Of a stretch of 64,000 nucleotides of DNA, positions 1 to 12,849 are shown piece by piece. The notes under the pieces are model-generated. The model had not been told where the DNA came from. It worked only from the letters and a program-made list of their open reading frames with translations, and did not search any database. Source of the stretch: Tubulanus polymorphus (Eukaryota; Animalia; Nemertea); assembly GCF_964204645.1 (NCBI RefSeq), contig NC_134032.1, forward strand, positions 11,086,275-11,150,274. The letters are read 5' to 3'. The first letter of the stretch is position 1. The number at the start of each line of letters is the position of its first letter. The translations under genes and the position numbers were made by a program.

Positions 1-462
1 GGTTTTCTCAATGCACATCTCTATACAAATACATAGTAAAACACCTCCAATATACTGCCATACTCTCTATACCGCCAAAATCGTTCTGCACTGACGTGGG
101 CGGTATATTGGGGGTTGACAGTACATGAATTTACAGAAAATGCCTATCCATGCATGATAAAATGCTGAGAATCATCTGAAAATCTTATGTTAGTGGATTT
201 CAGATCTCCATATCCTTGGTATAAGTACTGTCACCTCAGATAAGTCTATGCCATTACCCGTCAAGAAAGTACCGGAAGAGGACATTGAAACATTCCGAGG
301 ACATTGAAACATTCCTGAAGCATAAGTGAATCATCTCTCTTCATTCCCAAAGCAGCAGGCATTGTAGTCATAAGGGCTGGACAAGTCTGGGACGAACAGC
401 AATTAAAATGACAAGAAATGATAATACTGATATGTGACACTTTATTTTAAGTCGGTATATAT

Positions 463-1920
463 TTACAATGACAACATTGTTGCTATCGCATAACGCTTCT
501 GTACGGCAGTGGGATTTAGGAAACCACCGACTTGATCAGGATTTTCCTCTTGTGCTAATAACTGAACCTCATGCAAATAATCATTAGCATCGTCAGATAG
601 CAATATGCATACATTATGAAGCACAAAGCAGCTTGTAATGAACATGAGTAATCGACGTTCATCATGCATGTCTATATACTTCAATCGCCGGAAACGGCCT
701 TTCAAAATGCCAAATGTGTTCTCAATCATCATTCTAGTTGAACTTAACTTATAATTAAAGTCTTTTTGCATTCTGGTGAGATGGCCATTGTCTTTGAATG
801 GAACCATTAAAAAAGTGTCCAGCTCATAGGCAGAGTCTCCCAACAAATGCGAATTATCAGGGAAAGTGGCATGTTTGATTGCAGCATCACTTTGAATATC
901 CCTATAAAGGTTACTGTTTTTGAACACACGCGAATCGTGACAAGATCCCGGCCATCCGACAGTAATATCCGTGAACATATATTGATGATCACATATTGCG
1001 CAAACGTTAATACTGTGACATTTTTTCCGGTTTATGTAAATTTCCTGATCTTTGATAGGCGTCTTTATAGGGATATGTGTCCCGTCTACCGCCCCAATCA
1101 CTTTAGGGAATTCTTGAGCAGCTGCGAAACCATCCCAAACTTCTTGGATCCGGTGTCCTGTCGGCCATTTGATGTAGTTTTGCATCATCTCTCTGACAAG
1201 TATTCGTGAAAGGAGCCCTGGAAATAAAATGCATATTTTTGGTCAAATTTTGGAATAAAGCAAACTGGACGAGCTAACCTCCAACCTCATTTGGACTAAT
1301 TGGGATCGGTGTTAGATATGATTTTGTTATAGGCATGGTTGAACTCAAGATGAACAGAGGACTATATATAACTATTACCTACCAACTATGTTGAAAACGG
1401 TGGCTTCACATACTGCAAATGCATCTGCAACTCTGATGAGTGGAACTTGAGTTGCTGCGAAGTATAAGAATATTAGCGCTTGTTTATCCACACGAATAAT
1501 CTGATCTGGTTTTTCATATTTATTCTTTATCCGTGGACCAAGATCTTCCATCAGTTTTTCGAAAGCAGTCGGCATCATCCTGAAAAATAAAAATACCACT
1601 ATCATTTTATCAAAATCACATATCACTTTTGGAAACCTATTTTTGTGAAGAACGAAATCCTACCTGAATCGCATCTTGAACTCAAGCGTGTTAAACCGTG
1701 GCACGGTCTCCTCCACAAAACCGGATGTGCGAGGAATTTTCCTCAGTTTTGTGTGCTTAGGTAGGTGGTTTAGTATTCCACTAGTCCTAGACTGTCCGTT
1801 AATGGATCTATCCAAAAGCATATCATAATTGCTCAATGACGACATACACGAGTCGACCGGTTTCAGTAAATCTGAAAACAAAACCACGAGGGCTGGCTTT
1901 TTCTCCAACGCTTCGGCCAT
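463..1920 (-). CDS. PIF/Harbinger (HARBI1-like) DDE transposase, 3 exons, apparently intact (~402 aa)
   Basis: Motifs GAVDGTHI, GWPGSCHDSRV, LLGDSAY and R..IENTFGILKGRFR in ORF 463..1188. Exons 1920-1664, 1579-1383 and 1217-463 join in frame with GT-AG introns (257+197+755 = 1209 nt). Exon 2 has an HTH-like segment. Confidence 0.88.
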
Positions 1921-2360
1921 ATTTGACACGGCTTGTGTGCTGGTAACTCATTTATCCACGAAGGATACTCGAAATTGAGTACCCTATACTCGGCAGGTAC
2001 CATACCCGGAACTGAGTACGTTTCGATAAATTCGCCTCTAGCGTCGCGGGACTGTGGTGGCCTCGTAGAACATGACGGGCGGCTCCGAGAACAAACAAAA
2101 CTTTATACACATTATAACGGATAAAAACAAACCAGTCCGTCCTTGGAGTAGATCAATACAAATTTGAATTAAAGAGCGCACGGAGAAGCCCATTCCTTCG
2201 CTCTCTGATATTTATTTTGTGATTGAAATAACACGACTGTAACACAAATCCTACCACCTGCAGGATTTCCTAAAGCGGGCAATTACAAAAAATGTCTTGC
2301 AAATAGGACCAAAATTATGTGTTAATGTTATCCGTCCGTCAAATTCTGCAAATGTCTCGA

Positions 2361-2434
2361 TTGCCAGGGTTTGATTGCCGCCCGCCGGAGCTCTTGGCGT
2401 GAACTCCGGCAGGTCCGCAATCAAACCCTGGCAA
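2361..2434. mobile_element. Tiny inverted-repeat element (hAT-like CAGGGTT ends)
   Basis: ttgccagggtttgattgc ... gcaatcaaaccctggcaa, 18-bp arms. Confidence 0.5.
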
Positions 2435-2799
2435 GCGAGGATGATTATCCTTAATTTCAATCTGATTATTCTGAAACTTGGAACGTAGTATGGACCAAGG
2501 CCTGCCGAGAGAATCGTTTTATTCTGATTTGTTCTCCTACAGGGGGCTGTAAAATTTTATTTGTGTTATTTCTAAACGATTGCTTGACCAGTCCTTGAAT
2601 TTATCATCCAACCTTCTGAAACTTGTTTCTTGATTAGGCCTATGGACCTTTGAGAAAGGTACGCCGGACAGAAAACGATCACTTTGAAGAATGAAGAAAA
2701 TATCCCGCATCGCTGCCTTGGCGCAGTTTTACGACGTTGGGACTAGTTGCTCAAAAGTTGGTTAAATATAACCAGTTGATAAAAACCATACAGACGATT

Positions 2800-4850
2800 C
2801 AATTTTCAATTTCAATTTATTCATCATAAATCCAAAGTATAAGATTGTGAATGAAGAAAACAACAATAATAACAAACAGACAAAAAACAAAAATGTGTGA
2901 CACAAAGATGTGCACTAACAGAAAAATAATAAAAGGAGAGAGAACTAATACAATGTCTAACATATATATATATATATATACAATATTATTTAAGTGATAT
3001 TTACAAGCCCATGATATATGAATTTCGCAATATTTAAGAAGATTGGTTTATTGGGATTAGTAAAGGCCGAAAGAAAAGTGTCTAGGTTTAGATTTACAAT
3101 ATCATATTTAGTTCTTAAATTATCCTGCAGTTTACAATAAAAAAGAAAATGGGATTCATCGCCGACAGCGTTACAGTGAGGGCAAATACGATTTGGTTGA
3201 GCGATGCCGAGTCTCCTTCCTTTTTCAATTATAAGGTTATGACATGACATTCGAAGTTTTGCTATTGCTGATTTTAGAGAGTGGTCTTTTAAGAATAATA
3301 AATATGGTTCTAGCTGAAATTTAGATTTCATAGTTCTATAAAAGTTATACCGGCTGTGAGTTGGATCATTGATCTCTGAATTCCAAAAAATAAGAAAACC
3401 CTGTTGCATATATTTACATACAATTCTAGTTGATCTGGTTATATTTGGATTGTGCCCTAAATTTTCCCATATATGGTTAAGATTACAGTCTAATAGAATT
3501 TTTTTTATACAAGAAACAAAATTAAAACGAGAGTCTCGGGACGAGGATTCATGCATATCTAACAAACAAAGATAGAGCAGGGAGTTTTGATTATTTTTCA
3601 TGCAATTTAACCAATATTTCACAGAAGATAAAATTATTTCAATGAGTATGGGAAATTGGCCAAGATCTCCAAGGAGAGGTAAAATAGGTGATCTGTTATG
3701 GAGTCCAAGGATATGACGAAGGAAACGGTTAACTACTTTTTGCATTGAGCAAAGTTTGAAGATATCACCTATGTTGTCTTTTATAGTACGATCATCTCCT
3801 TTATTTAGATTTTTAATCAAAGGTGTGACTCCCCAAACTTCGCTACCATATGTAATAATAGGTTTGATGAGACTGTTGAAGAGTTGCAGTTGTTGGATAA
3901 TGCCTAAATTTCTAAAGCCAGGAATTTTTATGAGGTTGAATAATGCTCTAGATCCCTTTTTACCCAATGCATCTTGGAGACTATCCAGTTTACCATTACA
4001 GTGAACAGTAAAACCCAAATAATTATAAGTTTTACAGAAATTTATAGTGCAGTCATTAATCTTAAATTTTGATTCTGTCATACGCATGTTCCTAGCTTTA
4101 CTAAATTCCATTATATTAGATTTTCCATAGTTTACATCAATACCCCATGTGTTACAATATACACCTAGATTATCCAGTGATTTTTGCAGACCTTCAGGTG
4201 TTCTGGATAAGATAACAAGATCATCCGCGTATAGTAGGCATGGGATATTGATGTTCCTTATAGTTGGAGAGTCACAATTATTAAAAGATTTATGTAAGTC
4301 ATTGATAAAGATATTGAAGAGCATCGGACTTAGAATATTACCCTGATGTACACCGATTTTTACTGGAAATTCCTCAGATAGACCTTTGTCGTTTTGGACT
4401 CTGGAAAAGGCACTCGCATACATATTTCTTATAACTTTATAAAATAAACCACTTATACCGGATTTTATCAATTTAATAAACAACCCGTCATGGGGAATGC
4501 TATCAAAGGCACGACTGAAGTCAATAAAGGCGCAGTAGAATTTCTGTTTGCGTTTACTAGTGTTTCTATCGATCAAGTGCTTCAGAGTAAAAAGGTGATC
4601 TGAGGTACGGGAGCCCTTTCTAAATCCAATTTGGTTTGGGTTAAGAATGTTGTTATCTTCCAAGTAATTTACAAGACGGTTGTTCAGAATGCTACAGAAA
4701 AGTTTACCTAAGCAGCTAGAGATAGTGATCCCCCTGTAACAGTTGGTATCACATGGATCACCTTTTTTAAAAATAGCTGCAATAATACCTCGGGACCATT
4801 CTTCAGGATAGGTGCCACTGGATAATACAGAGTTAAAAAGGCTCAAGCAT
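2800..4850 (-). mobile_element. 5'-truncated non-LTR retrotransposon (RTE-X-like LINE), RT ORF 2990..4846
   Basis: QIGFR, FIDFSRAFDS, GVHQGNILSP and YADD RT motifs. C-terminal LRMSCHNLIIEKGR..CPHC..DESHFLFYC knuckle. 3' tail AATAAATTGAAATTGAAAATTGAA near 2800-2825. No endonuclease domain. Confidence 0.9.
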
Positions 4851-5276
4851 AAAGTTTATACTGCACTTAATCATTTCGTTCGAAAGACGATGAACTCATG
4901 ATTGTCACTGTGTCAACTATCCACTGGTTAACTCTAATCAAAATTCTGAGCAACTGATCCTAAGTGTAATCCTAACAGTCGAACAGTGTGTCCTCCCCTT
5001 GTACATTTCATCACTTAGCATGATGAATCTTACTATGTCGGCCGAGTCTTCAAGGCATCTGGTAGGAGGATGAAGAGAAGAGAGACAAAAGACTAACTAA
5101 ATTCTACGAGTATTCGCTGAAAATTAAGTAAAGGAATTTATCTTCATTGTTAATTCGGTGTTCTTTTTTCAGATTTATATTTCCATATAAGTTTATTTCA
5201 ACAATTGCAGACATCTTTTTTTCTAATTTAGTAATTTCATATCATCCAAATCCAGATTCAAGGAAGCGCTGGGTGT

Positions 5277-6680
5277 TTAGTTTAACGTATTGTAACCCAA
5301 CTCTCCATTTCTGGTTCCGACTTGAAGTAAGTTCTGATCGTCTGTAGTTCTGTCACGCGCTAGTTTAGATTGTTCGTCCCAATCTAAAATCAATAACGCG
5401 TACGGGGCGAATATTAACGATTTTAAAACGCACGAACTCTGATATCCTATTACTATACTTAATGCGCCTAACCGAGTAAAATATAATAAAATCAAACCTA
5501 ACGATGTTCCTATAATCAAAGACACGACACACGTAATTGAAATCAGGGCTATTTTAGCGCATCCTTTGATCGCGGCGTTGAATACGGCATCTACATCGAA
5601 TAGGGGCAAACTCGCTCCGATGTAAAGTAGCAAAAATTTCAATTCGGCTTGGACCGATTTATCGCTAGAAAAAACGCGAGCTAAAACAGCGTGAAGCGAA
5701 CATATTAATGCACCAAAAACTACGGCGACCGTCATCGATAAACCTTGATAAAAGAACAAAGCTCGTTTAGCCGTTTGACCGTCCCTGGACGATAACAGGA
5801 AACCAACTCTCATACTACACGCTTCAGATATACCATAAAAGATATTACAGTTAAGATTGATCACTTGCAGTGAGACGTTCAACGCTACAAGTTCGACCAC
5901 TCCAAAAGTACCCGTCAAGAACAGGCCGATTGTCAAACATAGTGTATATGACAATTCGGATACTGTTGCCCCAAGAGCCATACTAGCTACCTCCCATAGA
6001 TTCTTAAATACCTCCATACTAGTTCTGTATAAAGCGACAGTATCTTTGTTAGTTAGATGACATGCTATAGCCATGGCGACCACTGCGTTGAAATAATAGA
6101 TGACCAGCGCTATAGCTGGTCCCAGACTGGCCATACCTAGTACGATAACCATGACGTAACAGACGACTGCGCTGAAAACGTTGTTGACTACTGCTACGAT
6201 AACGACTGGTATAACAATATCCTGTGACATTAGAAAACGCGTTAAAATTTCAGACGCAAAGACAAAAATGTTATCCGGCAATGCCACCATCAGCATCCCT
6301 CCAGCTTCTTCGGCTACGGTTGCATTTTGTCCGAAAAGAATGAAGATTTTGTCAGCAGTGAAATTAATCGGTAGCAAAACTAAACCGGTACAAACCACTA
6401 TCAACAATCCTCTCTGTAACAACAAGAGCGAATAACGATAGTTTTTGGCGCCGAAAGCTTGCGAGAATAATCCTTCCATGCCCATATCTAACGAATACAG
6501 GAGTTCGAAGAACGTGTCCGTCAAAGAAAATGCGGCTTGCGAAATCAAATTCGATTGTCCAACTATTATAGCAAACGTTAGAAAAGGCAAATCGGCTAAA
6601 ACGAGAACGACTATAATCGGCCATGACGTCACGAGAAAAAAACGTAATTCCTCGCATAACCAATCCGGAAGTGCCTTCAT
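5277..6680 (-). CDS. MATE (SLC47-like) multidrug and toxin extrusion transporter, copy 1, intronless, 467 aa, C-tail cut by in-frame TAA
   Basis: About 12 hydrophobic segments. Eukaryotic MATE motifs SQAFGA, LLQRG, LFGQ, RFLMSQ, RVG..L and C-terminal DW. First in-frame ATG is 6680 (the track start is GTG). Confidence 0.9.
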   Translation of the reverse strand: MKALPDWLCEELRFFLVTSWPIIVVLVLADLPFLTFAIIVGQSNLISQAAFSLTDTFFELLYSLDMGMEGLFSQAFGAKNYRYSLLLLQRGLLIVVCTGLVLLPINFTADKIFILFGQNATVAEEAGGMLMVALPDNIFVFASEILTRFLMSQDIVIPVVIVAVVNNVFSAVVCYVMVIVLGMASLGPAIALVIYYFNAVVAMAIACHLTNKDTVALYRTSMEVFKNLWEVASMALGATVSELSYTLCLTIGLFLTGTFGVVELVALNVSLQVINLNCNIFYGISEACSMRVGFLLSSRDGQTAKRALFFYQGLSMTVAVVFGALICSLHAVLARVFSSDKSVQAELKFLLLYIGASLPLFDVDAVFNAAIKGCAKIALISITCVVSLIIGTSLGLILLYFTRLGALSIVIGYQSSCVLKSLIFAPYALLILDWDEQSKLARDRTTDDQNLLQVGTRNGELGYNTLN

Positions 6681-7734
6681 TATCACGTCATTCCTGCTGC
6701 TCGATCAACCTTGCTAAAAAAATGTTACCTTTTTTGTTGTTATTCTAGAGTTAGAAGAACGACTAAATCAGACAGAATAAGTAAAATGTCTCGTCCATTT
6801 TACAATTCTATGTACGCAATGACCTCCAGAAGGACGAGTCTCACTGATCTGCGTTTGATTGACCGTGGGTAACTTGACTATCACATCCTCTACTGCGTCA
6901 GTTTCAGTATAAAACATAATCACCATTCGATCACGATGGCCTCCTGGGGGCGTTAAAAATAATCTTTTAATAAAAATTTGTATTTCTAAAAATTAAATCC
7001 TATTTTCGAAAAAAAAAATAATATCTTTGAAAAAAACAATTTCGAATATTAAAGGAACGTTTATCAAGAATACACTTTTCTATTCAAAAATTCATTATCT
7101 TTTTTATTTCCTCCGGACGCTTCGGCATACACTCCTCCCCGACCGGGTGATAACAAAGCGATACTCACCTTCAGCTTCCACGAGTTGTTACTAGGAATCT
7201 GTCTCCGGTGTGTCCCCTTTTAAAGATATCGCAACTCCGAATAAAAACATCTGTTCCCCGTATACTAATAGCTATTTTTCATCATTTACTTTTGACAACT
7301 ATATCTATCACGGCATCGGATAGTAACCTAAATTATGGGTTTAATCTATGCTATCAAGTTATATAAACGGCGGGAAACCGACGTGGTATCGAAAACTGCA
7401 ACAGCCGTTTCCACGATATCATGATCAGCCGGAAGAGTTATTACCAGCAGACGGGTAACTAGGTGGCCTGATTTCTTGGAATTAGGTAAATCCGAATTGT
7501 GAATGGTAATTTTCATGGTTCGATGGACCAAATATTTCACCCGGATTAAGCGCAAATCCGGATTGAAAAGCAAATGATACTCAAAACTTGAAACTACTGA
7601 CAATTCAATGATAACTAATGAAAATGAAAGTTCAACCATATGTTACTACATATATAGTTATTACATTGAGACCAAATACGAATATTCGCTAAATTAACCA
7701 AACTCTTGAACTACGAAATATGATGTGGATAAAG

Positions 7735-8043
7735 ATAATTGAAAACGGTAAAAAGAATATAAGACCACAAATAGATGGCTATTGATCCTGAAAACTTCAA
7801 AAATGTAGATTAAAATTTGTAAGAATTACGAACTTTTGAATGAGATGAGCAATAATTCAAGTTGAATTATCGGGAAGACGATATCAATGTTTATAACTTC
7901 ACCAGCGCGCATTGTTGCATCAACTTTATGATTGAGTAATATGATAAAAAAACTACGGGGAAAAATAGGGACGAAAAATTCAACAATGCGGACCCGGCGG
8001 GTACCCAAAAAATGGCGCCTGGAAACTGTAAAAAGGCTTATTC
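7735..8043 (+). mobile_element. Dispersed repeat family A, partial copy
   Basis: Near-identical to 56087-56563 (+) and 17633-18104 (-); shared end gggtacccaaaaaatggcgcctggaaactgtaaaaaggcttatt. Confidence 0.8.
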
Positions 8044-8137
8044 ATGGTATCAGATGTTTTTGTCCAGAGTAGATTAGACCAAAACGCTTACCCAAATAAA
8101 TGGTTGCAATGTGACCAAGATGATGAATGTGAAAATA

Positions 8138-8207
8138 CGCGCACTCATCGGGATCGAACCCGGGTCTCGTACGTATCGTACGTACTAACCAGTTTGGCCA
8201 GTGCAGC
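8138..8207 (-). other. tRNA-derived remnant (possible SINE head)
   Basis: Minus strand has A-box-like TGGCCAAACTGG and B-box GGTTCGATCCC; anticodon arm is degenerate. Confidence 0.45.
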
Positions 8208-8929
8208 TTGTATTATACGCGTAATACATAACCAGTTACGCAAGGATTGGGTTTGATGGTAAACTATTTCCGAACAACTAAACCAGAATGACCAGTAAGC
8301 AAATTTTAGAAATTGAGAATCGTTCAGTAAGGAAGTTCAGGCTCACCCAGCAACATTTGAACATTGGCATCGAGTAATGTGTAATTCAAAAAATGCCATC
8401 TCAGCTAGGGACAGCAATCATATTCATATATACAACCAATCTTTCAACGCATACTAAATACACCTATAAATATCACTCAAGACATCGTCTACGGAATTAC
8501 TTAAACAATAGCAATACATTTCTTCAAACGCACACATGCGAACTATCTTTTATTTCTCGCGAAATCCATTTTGTACAAAAATGATTACAATCTAGATGCT
8601 CTGGCCGCATCAACACTATAATTTATTTCAAAAACTCACTAATTGATCGCCTAAACCACAAAATCATGCTTCAACAAATCCTTCATATTTGGAGTCTTAA
8701 CAATATACATACGTGTGGACGCAAGTATTGCAGTAAACAGAATCATAATCGACACCATTAGCATAGTGTATTAATTAAACCCAACGCCATTTTTTATTAC
8801 TTACACCTACATATCCCGACTTAGACACTTGAGGAATGTTCTGATTTAGATCGAACAGGGATGACGGTCTATCAATACGCATAGAACTATCTGACCACTT
8901 TTGCGATATATATGATGATTTTGTGATGA

Positions 8930-9202
<273 letters not shown>

Positions 9203-9774
9203 GCATTAGTTTTCTGTTTCTGGTGTTTTGACTGTAAACTCAGTCTCATTGCCGCGATAGCTGGAACGCTGCCTCCGTTTTTGGCCTCAGAATAGCAAGC
9301 TCAGTCTATCTGCGCGCAATGGCGACTGGAAGGTTGCCTCTTGACATCGGTCTCATTAAAAACTACCAAAAACCTAATGGTGACAATGTAAATAAATCCC
9401 GGTCAAGACCGTATATACGGTACGTAAGTGTACAAACATGTATTCAACGATGAACTTATCTATGTCATTTAATTTTTAGCAACCGACCCTGCGCGGATTC
9501 TCACTTGGGTCACAAGTGTAATCCTAACAGTTGAACAGTGTATCCTCCTCTTGCACATTTCATTCACTTATTAGCATGATGAATCCTGATCATGTTGGCC
9601 GAGCCTTCAGGGCATCCGATAGGAGGACGAAGAGAAATGAGACAAACGACTAACAGAATTTAATGAATATTCGTTGAAAATTTAGTAAATGAATCGATCT
9701 CTATTGTTAATTCAGTGTTCTTTTTTCAGTCTTATATTTCTATTATTAGTTTATATCAAAAATTGCATTTTTTT

Positions 9775-11229
9775 CTAATTTAGTAATTTCTTATCATCCA
9801 AATCCAGATTGGAGGCGCTTGGTGGTGAATTGAACGTACTGTAATCCAACTCTTCAGTTCCATCGCCGACTGGAATTAAGTTCTGATCGTCTGTAGTTCT
9901 GTCACGCGCTAGTTTAGATTGTTCGTCCCAATCTAAAATGAAAAAGGCGTACGGAACGAATATGAATGAATTCAAGACGCACGAACTTTGATATCCCATT
10001 ACAACACTTACAGCGCCTAACCGAGTAAAATACAATAAAATCAAACCTATCGATGTTCCTATAATCAAAGACACGAAACACGTTATTGAAACCAGGGCTA
10101 TTTTAGCGCATCCTTTGATCGCTGCGTTGAGTATGGAGTCTACAGCGAATAGAGGTAAACTCGCTCCGATGTATAGTAGCAAAACCTTCAATTCGGCTTG
10201 GACCGATTTATCGCTAGAAAATCCGCGAGCTAAAACAGCGTGAAGCGAACATATTAACGCACCCAAAACTACAGCGACCGTTATCGAAATACCTTGATAA
10301 AAGAACAAAGCTCGTTTGGCCGTCTTACCGTCCCGGGATGATAACAGGAAACCGACTCTCATACTACACGCTTCCGCTATACCCCAAAAGACATTGCAGT
10401 TAAAATTGATCACTTGCAGTGAGACGCTCAACGCTACAAGTTCGACCACTCCGAAAGTACCCGTCAAAAACAGACCGATCGTCATAGAAAGTGTATATGA
10501 CAATTCGGATACTGTTGACCCAAGAGCCATACTAGCAACCTCCCATAGATTCTTAAATACCTCCATACTAGTTCTGTATAAAGCGACAGTATCTTTGTTA
10601 GTTAAATGACATGCTATAGCCATGGCGACCATCGCGTTGAAATAATAGATGACCAGCGCTATAGCTGGCCCCAGACTGGCCATACCTAGTACGATAACCA
10701 TGACGTAACAGACGACTGCGCTGAAAACGTTGTTGACTATTGCTACGATAACGACTGGTATAACAATATCCTGTGACATTAGAAAACGCGTTAAAATGTC
10801 ATACGCAAAAACGAAAATGTTATCAGGCGTTGCCACCATGAGCATCCTTCCAGCTTCTTCGGCTACGGTTGCATTTTGTCCGAAAAGAATGAAGATTTTG
10901 TCAGCAATGAAATTAATCGGTAGCAAAACTAAACCGGTACAAACCACTATCAACAATCCTCTCTGTAGCAACAAGCGTGAATAACGATAGTTTTTGGCGC
11001 CGAAAGCTTGCGAGAATAATCCTTCCATGCCCATATCTAACGAATACAGGAGTTCGAAGAACGTGTCCGTCAAAGAAAATGCGGCTTGCGAAATCAAATT
11101 CGATTGTCCAACTATTATAGCAAACGTTAAAAAAGGCAAATCGGCCAAAACGAGAACGACTATAATCGGCCATGACGTCACGAGAAAAAAACGTAATTCC
11201 TCGCATAACCAATCCGGAAGTTGCTTCAT
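9775..11229 (-). CDS. MATE transporter copy 2, intronless, 484 aa
   Basis: Paralogue of copy 1 along its full length; C-tail YSTF...DDKKLLN. Confidence 0.92.
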   Translation of the reverse strand: MKQLPDWLCEELRFFLVTSWPIIVVLVLADLPFLTFAIIVGQSNLISQAAFSLTDTFFELLYSLDMGMEGLFSQAFGAKNYRYSRLLLQRGLLIVVCTGLVLLPINFIADKIFILFGQNATVAEEAGRMLMVATPDNIFVFAYDILTRFLMSQDIVIPVVIVAIVNNVFSAVVCYVMVIVLGMASLGPAIALVIYYFNAMVAMAIACHLTNKDTVALYRTSMEVFKNLWEVASMALGSTVSELSYTLSMTIGLFLTGTFGVVELVALSVSLQVINFNCNVFWGIAEACSMRVGFLLSSRDGKTAKRALFFYQGISITVAVVLGALICSLHAVLARGFSSDKSVQAELKVLLLYIGASLPLFAVDSILNAAIKGCAKIALVSITCFVSLIIGTSIGLILLYFTRLGAVSVVMGYQSSCVLNSFIFVPYAFFILDWDEQSKLARDRTTDDQNLIPVGDGTEELDYSTFNSPPSASNLDLDDKKLLN

Positions 11230-12169
11230 TATCACGATTTCCTTCCTGTTGCTTGATCAACGTTGCCTTTTTGTTGATAATCTCGAGTTAGAAGTACGAA
11301 TTATCCTAAACCCGGCAGTTTCGTCTTTTCTACAACTCTATACGTATCAACCAGATGGTCGTCGTTTCACTGGTGGCTTTATTCAGTATGAACATCTCGA
11401 GATGCATATATCGTGGTGTCTGTCGTTTCTGGACGCTCTCGGCTCGCTTCGGCGTTGGCTCTTACACGTTGTCAACTGTTAGCAGAATACTTAACTTTAC
11501 TAACAACTGCAAACTTGAGTGTGTGTGTGTGGTGGTATCTTCGATAATTTTGGGGAACTGTAATACAATAAATAACCAGTTAAAAAAGCTTTAGGTAGAA
11601 AGTGACGGATCATTTGTGAGTAGTCAAAACCAGATCAGTTGATATTATATAATCATCTTTGTACTAAATTTTATTAATTATGTACGTGTCATAAAAGTAT
11701 TCTACTTTGACAATAAAGTTTATATATATTATATAATGAAAGGTTTGCGAATAAACAGGTTTGATATGACGTAGAAATTGACAAAGACTGTATGTTCTTT
11801 TTGGTATTAGAAATTAAAAATATTAAGTTTCTCGGTTTTGCTATGATAAACAAATATTTAATGAAATAAGAGTAGTAGGCCTATGGGGAAAAGTTACCAA
11901 GTTAATATAAAGTTGACTCACTTGTGATCAAAACGAATAAGCACTTACGCGAGGATTTAGCTGAAGATATCTTTTATTTGCGAAGTACTAAACCAGAATG
12001 GCAATAGGCAAATCTATAGAAATCGAAAATCGTTCGTGAAAGGTCATAGTTTTCTACGTTTAGGCATGTTGCGGCAATAACCATAGACTCTTTCGTTTGA
12101 GCAGGGAGGTGGGAGTGAATTTGAGTATTAACTAACAATCACAATTGATAACTAACAATCACAATTGAT

Positions 12170-12812
12170 AGAACACTATATCCGTGTTGACGCGATGTAG
12201 TGAGAATTCCACAATTATAACGAAAAAGTCCGAAAATGAAACTTCGAGATAGTAGTTTATTTCAACGTTTCGACTATATCCTAATAGTCATCTTCAGGAA
12301 TAATGAGAATTTAATTGAAAAATTATGAGATATATATATACAATCCAGAGACAAAGAGACTAATTCAAGTAATCAGAGATGATACAAACTAAAGGAAAAT
12401 TAACATAGAAACAGTTACACGCTAAAATAGATGAAGAGAAGCAAACTAAGGGGTAATTATAAACAACAATAGTGAGTATAAATATAAATTAGAACTTGAA
12501 ATCAGTAGTAAAAAGACAAATTGTGGGCACTTAAATTAAAACAATGGTGAATACAAGTTGAGAGACTAAAATAGATGAGAGAACAAATAACAAATAATCA
12601 AAGGGGAATCAAGTGTTGAGTTTAACCAGTTTACAGAGGAATATAGATATAAGTTTATTATGGGGTGAAAAACCATTGTTAAGGTTTACAACGTTGTTCG
12701 AATTTTCAATTATTAATGCAGATTCCAAAATATGTCTTTTAGTTTTATCGCTGCAAGGGTAAATTAATTCAGCATTAGCGAAATCAAAATTGTGTGAAGT
12801 CTGAGTTGCTAG
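12170..12812 (-). mobile_element. Penelope-like element 3' remnant (GIY-YIG C-terminus plus hammerhead-bearing end)
   Basis: Minus strand translates to SHNFDFANAELIYPCSDKTKRHILESALII..NLNNG. Downstream lies CTGAAGA-stem-GAAAC at 12262-12300. Confidence 0.75.
12262..12305 (-). ncRNA. Minimal type I hammerhead ribozyme core
   Basis: uuauuc-CUGAAGA-U-GACUAU(loop)AUAGUC-GAAAC-GUU-gaaauaa: catalytic boxes, 6-bp stem II, bulged stem I and self-complementary AACGUU. Confidence 0.6.
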
Positions 12813-12849
12813 TCATGTACTTCAGACTTCACACAACGTCCTTCGAAAA

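Noticed and set aside
8138-8207. Functional tRNA gene
   Set aside because: A and B boxes are present but there is no proper anticodon arm or acceptor stem.
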